A stretch of DNA of 25,964 nt from Candidatus Methylomirabilia bacterium. GTDB lineage: Bacteria > Methylomirabilota > Methylomirabilia > Rokubacteriales > CSP1-6. This document shows, piece after piece, positions 23,925 through 25,964 of this stretch. The position numbers and the translations under genes were made by a program. The notes below the pieces were generated by a model that worked only from the letters and a program-made list of their open reading frames with translations, ran no database searches and was not told the origin of the DNA. The DNA is taken from NCBI GenBank assembly GCA_041492755.1, contig JBGPXN010000060.1:1-25964 (forward strand). The letters are read 5' to 3'. How positions within the stretch are numbered: the first letter of the stretch is position 1; each line of letters begins with the position of its first letter.

Positions 23925-24809
23925 ATGCCACGCTTCCTGAAGGTCGCCGCCGCGCAGATGGGTCCCAACAACGAAGGCACGCCGCGCGAGGAGATCGTCG
24001 ACCGCATGCGGGCGCTCCTCGAGCAGGCCATCGCGGACCACGTGGAGCTCATCGCGTACCCGGAGATGGCGCTGACCACCTACTTCCCCAAGCGCATTCG
24101 TTCGGACTTCGACCAGTTCTTCGAGACGGAAGTTCCGCCCAAGGCGGTCGAGCCGCTCCTGCGCCGCGCGGCCGCCGCGCGCGTGGCGGTGCACATCGGG
24201 TTCTGTGAGAAGGCGGCCGGGAAGTATTTCAACACCGCCCTGCTCACCGATCGCGACGGCCGGCTGTGCGGCACGTTCCGCAAGATTCACCTGCCCGGCA
24301 CCAAAGCCGTCGACGGCTACGCCCAGGTCTACGAGCCCTACTACTTCGCCCACGGCGACACCGGCTACCGTGTCTTCGACGCCGCGGGCGCGCAGGTCGG
24401 GATCGCGATCTGTCAGGACCGGCGTTACCCCGAGAGCTACCGGGCCCTCGCGCTCCAGGGCGCCGAGGTCATCGTCATCGGCTATAACACGCCGATCTCG
24501 GCGCTCGCGCTCGATCTCAACGACCTGTGCATGCGCTCGGGTGCTTACGCCAACGCCTGCTTCGTGGTCGGCATCGCCAAGGCCGGCGTCGAGGACGGCC
24601 TGGAGTTGATCGGGGGCAGCAGCATCATCAGTCCCCAGGGCCAGATCCTCGCGCGCGCCGCGACGACCGGGGATGAGCTGATCGCGGCGCGCCTCGATCT
24701 CGACCAGATGCTGCCCGTCCGGAAGCGCTGGAACTTCCTGGGCCGCCGGCAACCGCAGCACTACGGCCGGTTGCTCCAGCCGGTGACGGAGAAGGAGCCC
24801 CACCGGTGA
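23925..24809 (+). CDS. Carbon-nitrogen hydrolase, N-carbamoyl-D-amino acid amidohydrolase-like
   Basis: AAAQMGP, YPEMALTTYFP (Glu), RKIHLPG (Lys), AICQDRRYPE (Cys), GYNTP, AKAGVEDG. AAGGAG RBS before ATG 23925. Confidence 0.88.
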   Translation: MPRFLKVAAAQMGPNNEGTPREEIVDRMRALLEQAIADHVELIAYPEMALTTYFPKRIRSDFDQFFETEVPPKAVEPLLRRAAAARVAVHIGFCEKAAGKYFNTALLTDRDGRLCGTFRKIHLPGTKAVDGYAQVYEPYYFAHGDTGYRVFDAAGAQVGIAICQDRRYPESYRALALQGAEVIVIGYNTPISALALDLNDLCMRSGAYANACFVVGIAKAGVEDGLELIGGSSIISPQGQILARAATTGDELIAARLDLDQMLPVRKRWNFLGRRQPQHYGRLLQPVTEKEPHR

Positions 24810-25964
24810 GCGCGGCGTCCGCGGCGCGACTCGACACGCTGGTCCGCGGCGGCCAGGTCGTGACCGCCACCGACGTCGTCGAAGCCGCGGTCGGAATCCG
24901 GGCCGGGCGCATCGCCGCCCTCGGCCCCGAATCGCTGCTGCCGCCCGCCGACCGGGTGATCGACGCGAGCGGGAAGTATGTGCTGCCCGGCCTCATCGAC
25001 TGCCATCTGCACATCGGCGCCGAGTACGACGACTGGCGGACCGCACCGCTGGCGGCAGCCCGCACCGGCTTGACGACGCTGCTGCCGTTCGTCGTCCCCG
25101 ACAGCGGCGAGACGCTGCCCCGCGCGATTCGCCGGCTGCGCGAAGAAGCCGAGTCCAACTCCGTGCTCGACTTCGGCTTCCACTTCATCCTCGAGAACGA
25201 CCCCGCGATCCTCGACGGGATCCCCGAGGCCGTGTCGCTCGGCGTGACGTCGCTCAAGCTCTTCATGACGTACAAGAAGCGGGCGAAGCGCATGGTCTCC
25301 GACGAGTTCATCGCGCGCACCATGGAGCGCCTGGCTCCGCTCGGTGGCGTCTGCCAGCTCCACTGCGAGAACGGCGACGTGCTCTGTTACCTCGAGGACA
25401 AGGCCATTGCCGAGGGCCGCACGGCGCCGACGGACTTCCCGGGCACGTGTCCCGACTGGACCGAGGAAGAGGCGATCAACCGCGCCATCCTGATCGGGCG
25501 GCTGACCGGCTGCCCGGTCTACGTGGTGCACCTCAGCACGCGGCTGGGACTCGAGCGGATCAAGCGGGCGCAGGCCGAGGGGCAGCCGGTGTGGTGCGAA
25601 ACGTGTCCGCAATATCTGCTGCTCACCGACCGTGAGATGGAGCGCCTGGGGCCGTTCGCGAAGATCGGCCCGCCGCTGCGTCCCGCCGATGGCCCCGACC
25701 GCGCGGCGCTCTGGGCCGGCTCGGAGGGGGGTTTCATCGCGGCGGTGGCGAGCGACCATTCGCCGCGTGTGCCGGCGGCCAAGGAGCCCGGCCGCAAGAA
25801 CATCTTCGTCGATGCGGCCGGCAAACCGATCCCCTTCGGGGCGCCGTCGCTGGAAACGCTGGTGTCGCTGACGTACCACGAAGGCGTCGTGCGCCGTGGC
25901 CTGCCCATCACCTGGCTGGCCCGCGTGATGGCCGAAAATCCCGCGCGCATCTTCGGTCTGTACC
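24806..25964 (+). CDS. Cyclic amidohydrolase (dihydropyrimidinase/hydantoinase/allantoinase family), 3'-partial
   Basis: Absent from the ORF track because it has no stop in the window. GTGA overlap; VRGGQVVT, DASGKYVLPGLIDCHLH, SLKLFMTY (carboxy-Lys), LHCENG, VVHLST, ETCPQYL, KIGPPLR, ASDHSP. Confidence 0.9.
   Translation, partial: MSAASAARLDTLVRGGQVVTATDVVEAAVGIRAGRIAALGPESLLPPADRVIDASGKYVLPGLIDCHLHIGAEYDDWRTAPLAAARTGLTTLLPFVVPDSGETLPRAIRRLREEAESNSVLDFGFHFILENDPAILDGIPEAVSLGVTSLKLFMTYKKRAKRMVSDEFIARTMERLAPLGGVCQLHCENGDVLCYLEDKAIAEGRTAPTDFPGTCPDWTEEEAINRAILIGRLTGCPVYVVHLSTRLGLERIKRAQAEGQPVWCETCPQYLLLTDREMERLGPFAKIGPPLRPADGPDRAALWAGSEGGFIAAVASDHSPRVPAAKEPGRKNIFVDAAGKPIPFGAPSLETLVSLTYHEGVVRRGLPITWLARVMAENPARIFGLY

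Noticed and set aside
1..25964. CRISPR arrays, tRNA/rRNA (including tRNA-Sec), transposases or integrases
   Set aside because: No regularly spaced direct repeats, cloverleaf/T-loop signatures or recombinase motifs were seen by eye.

Overview
High-GC bacterial window; composition and gene content resemble Candidatus Rokubacteria/Methylomirabilota, but that is an impression only. Left to right it contains: the end of a Zn/Mn-type ABC transporter operon (SBP, permease, HAD hydrolase, FAD oxidoreductase); a ~200-bp nested palindrome; an orphan cytoplasmic DMSO-reductase-family molybdoenzyme; a minus-strand run of Cys-type formate dehydrogenase alpha, fused NuoE/Trx-Fd/NuoF diaphorase, DUF420 and PhnW-like aminotransferase; CsbD; a degenerate HD-GYP protein; a ThDP enzyme; and a carbamoylase plus hydantoinase-like pair at the right edge. 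The main finding is a minus-strand operon at 18518-23179: radical SAM, atypical Cys-rich metallophosphoesterase, a hidden GrdB/PrdB-like SELENOPROTEIN, a DedA/VTT-DUF3047 fusion and a TIGR04283-type glycosyltransferase. The ORF track splits the selenoprotein in two at an in-frame UGA (20919-20921), which forms a U-x-x-C motif and is followed by a SECIS-like hairpin. The operon looks like an uncharacterised selenium-dependent organo-metalloid (possibly arsenic/arsenosugar-related) pathway. The window also holds four gene relics (DUF6642-like, LivM-like, LigC, enoyl-CoA hydratase) and a second structured intergenic element. All family calls come from motif recognition by eye; no database searches were run.
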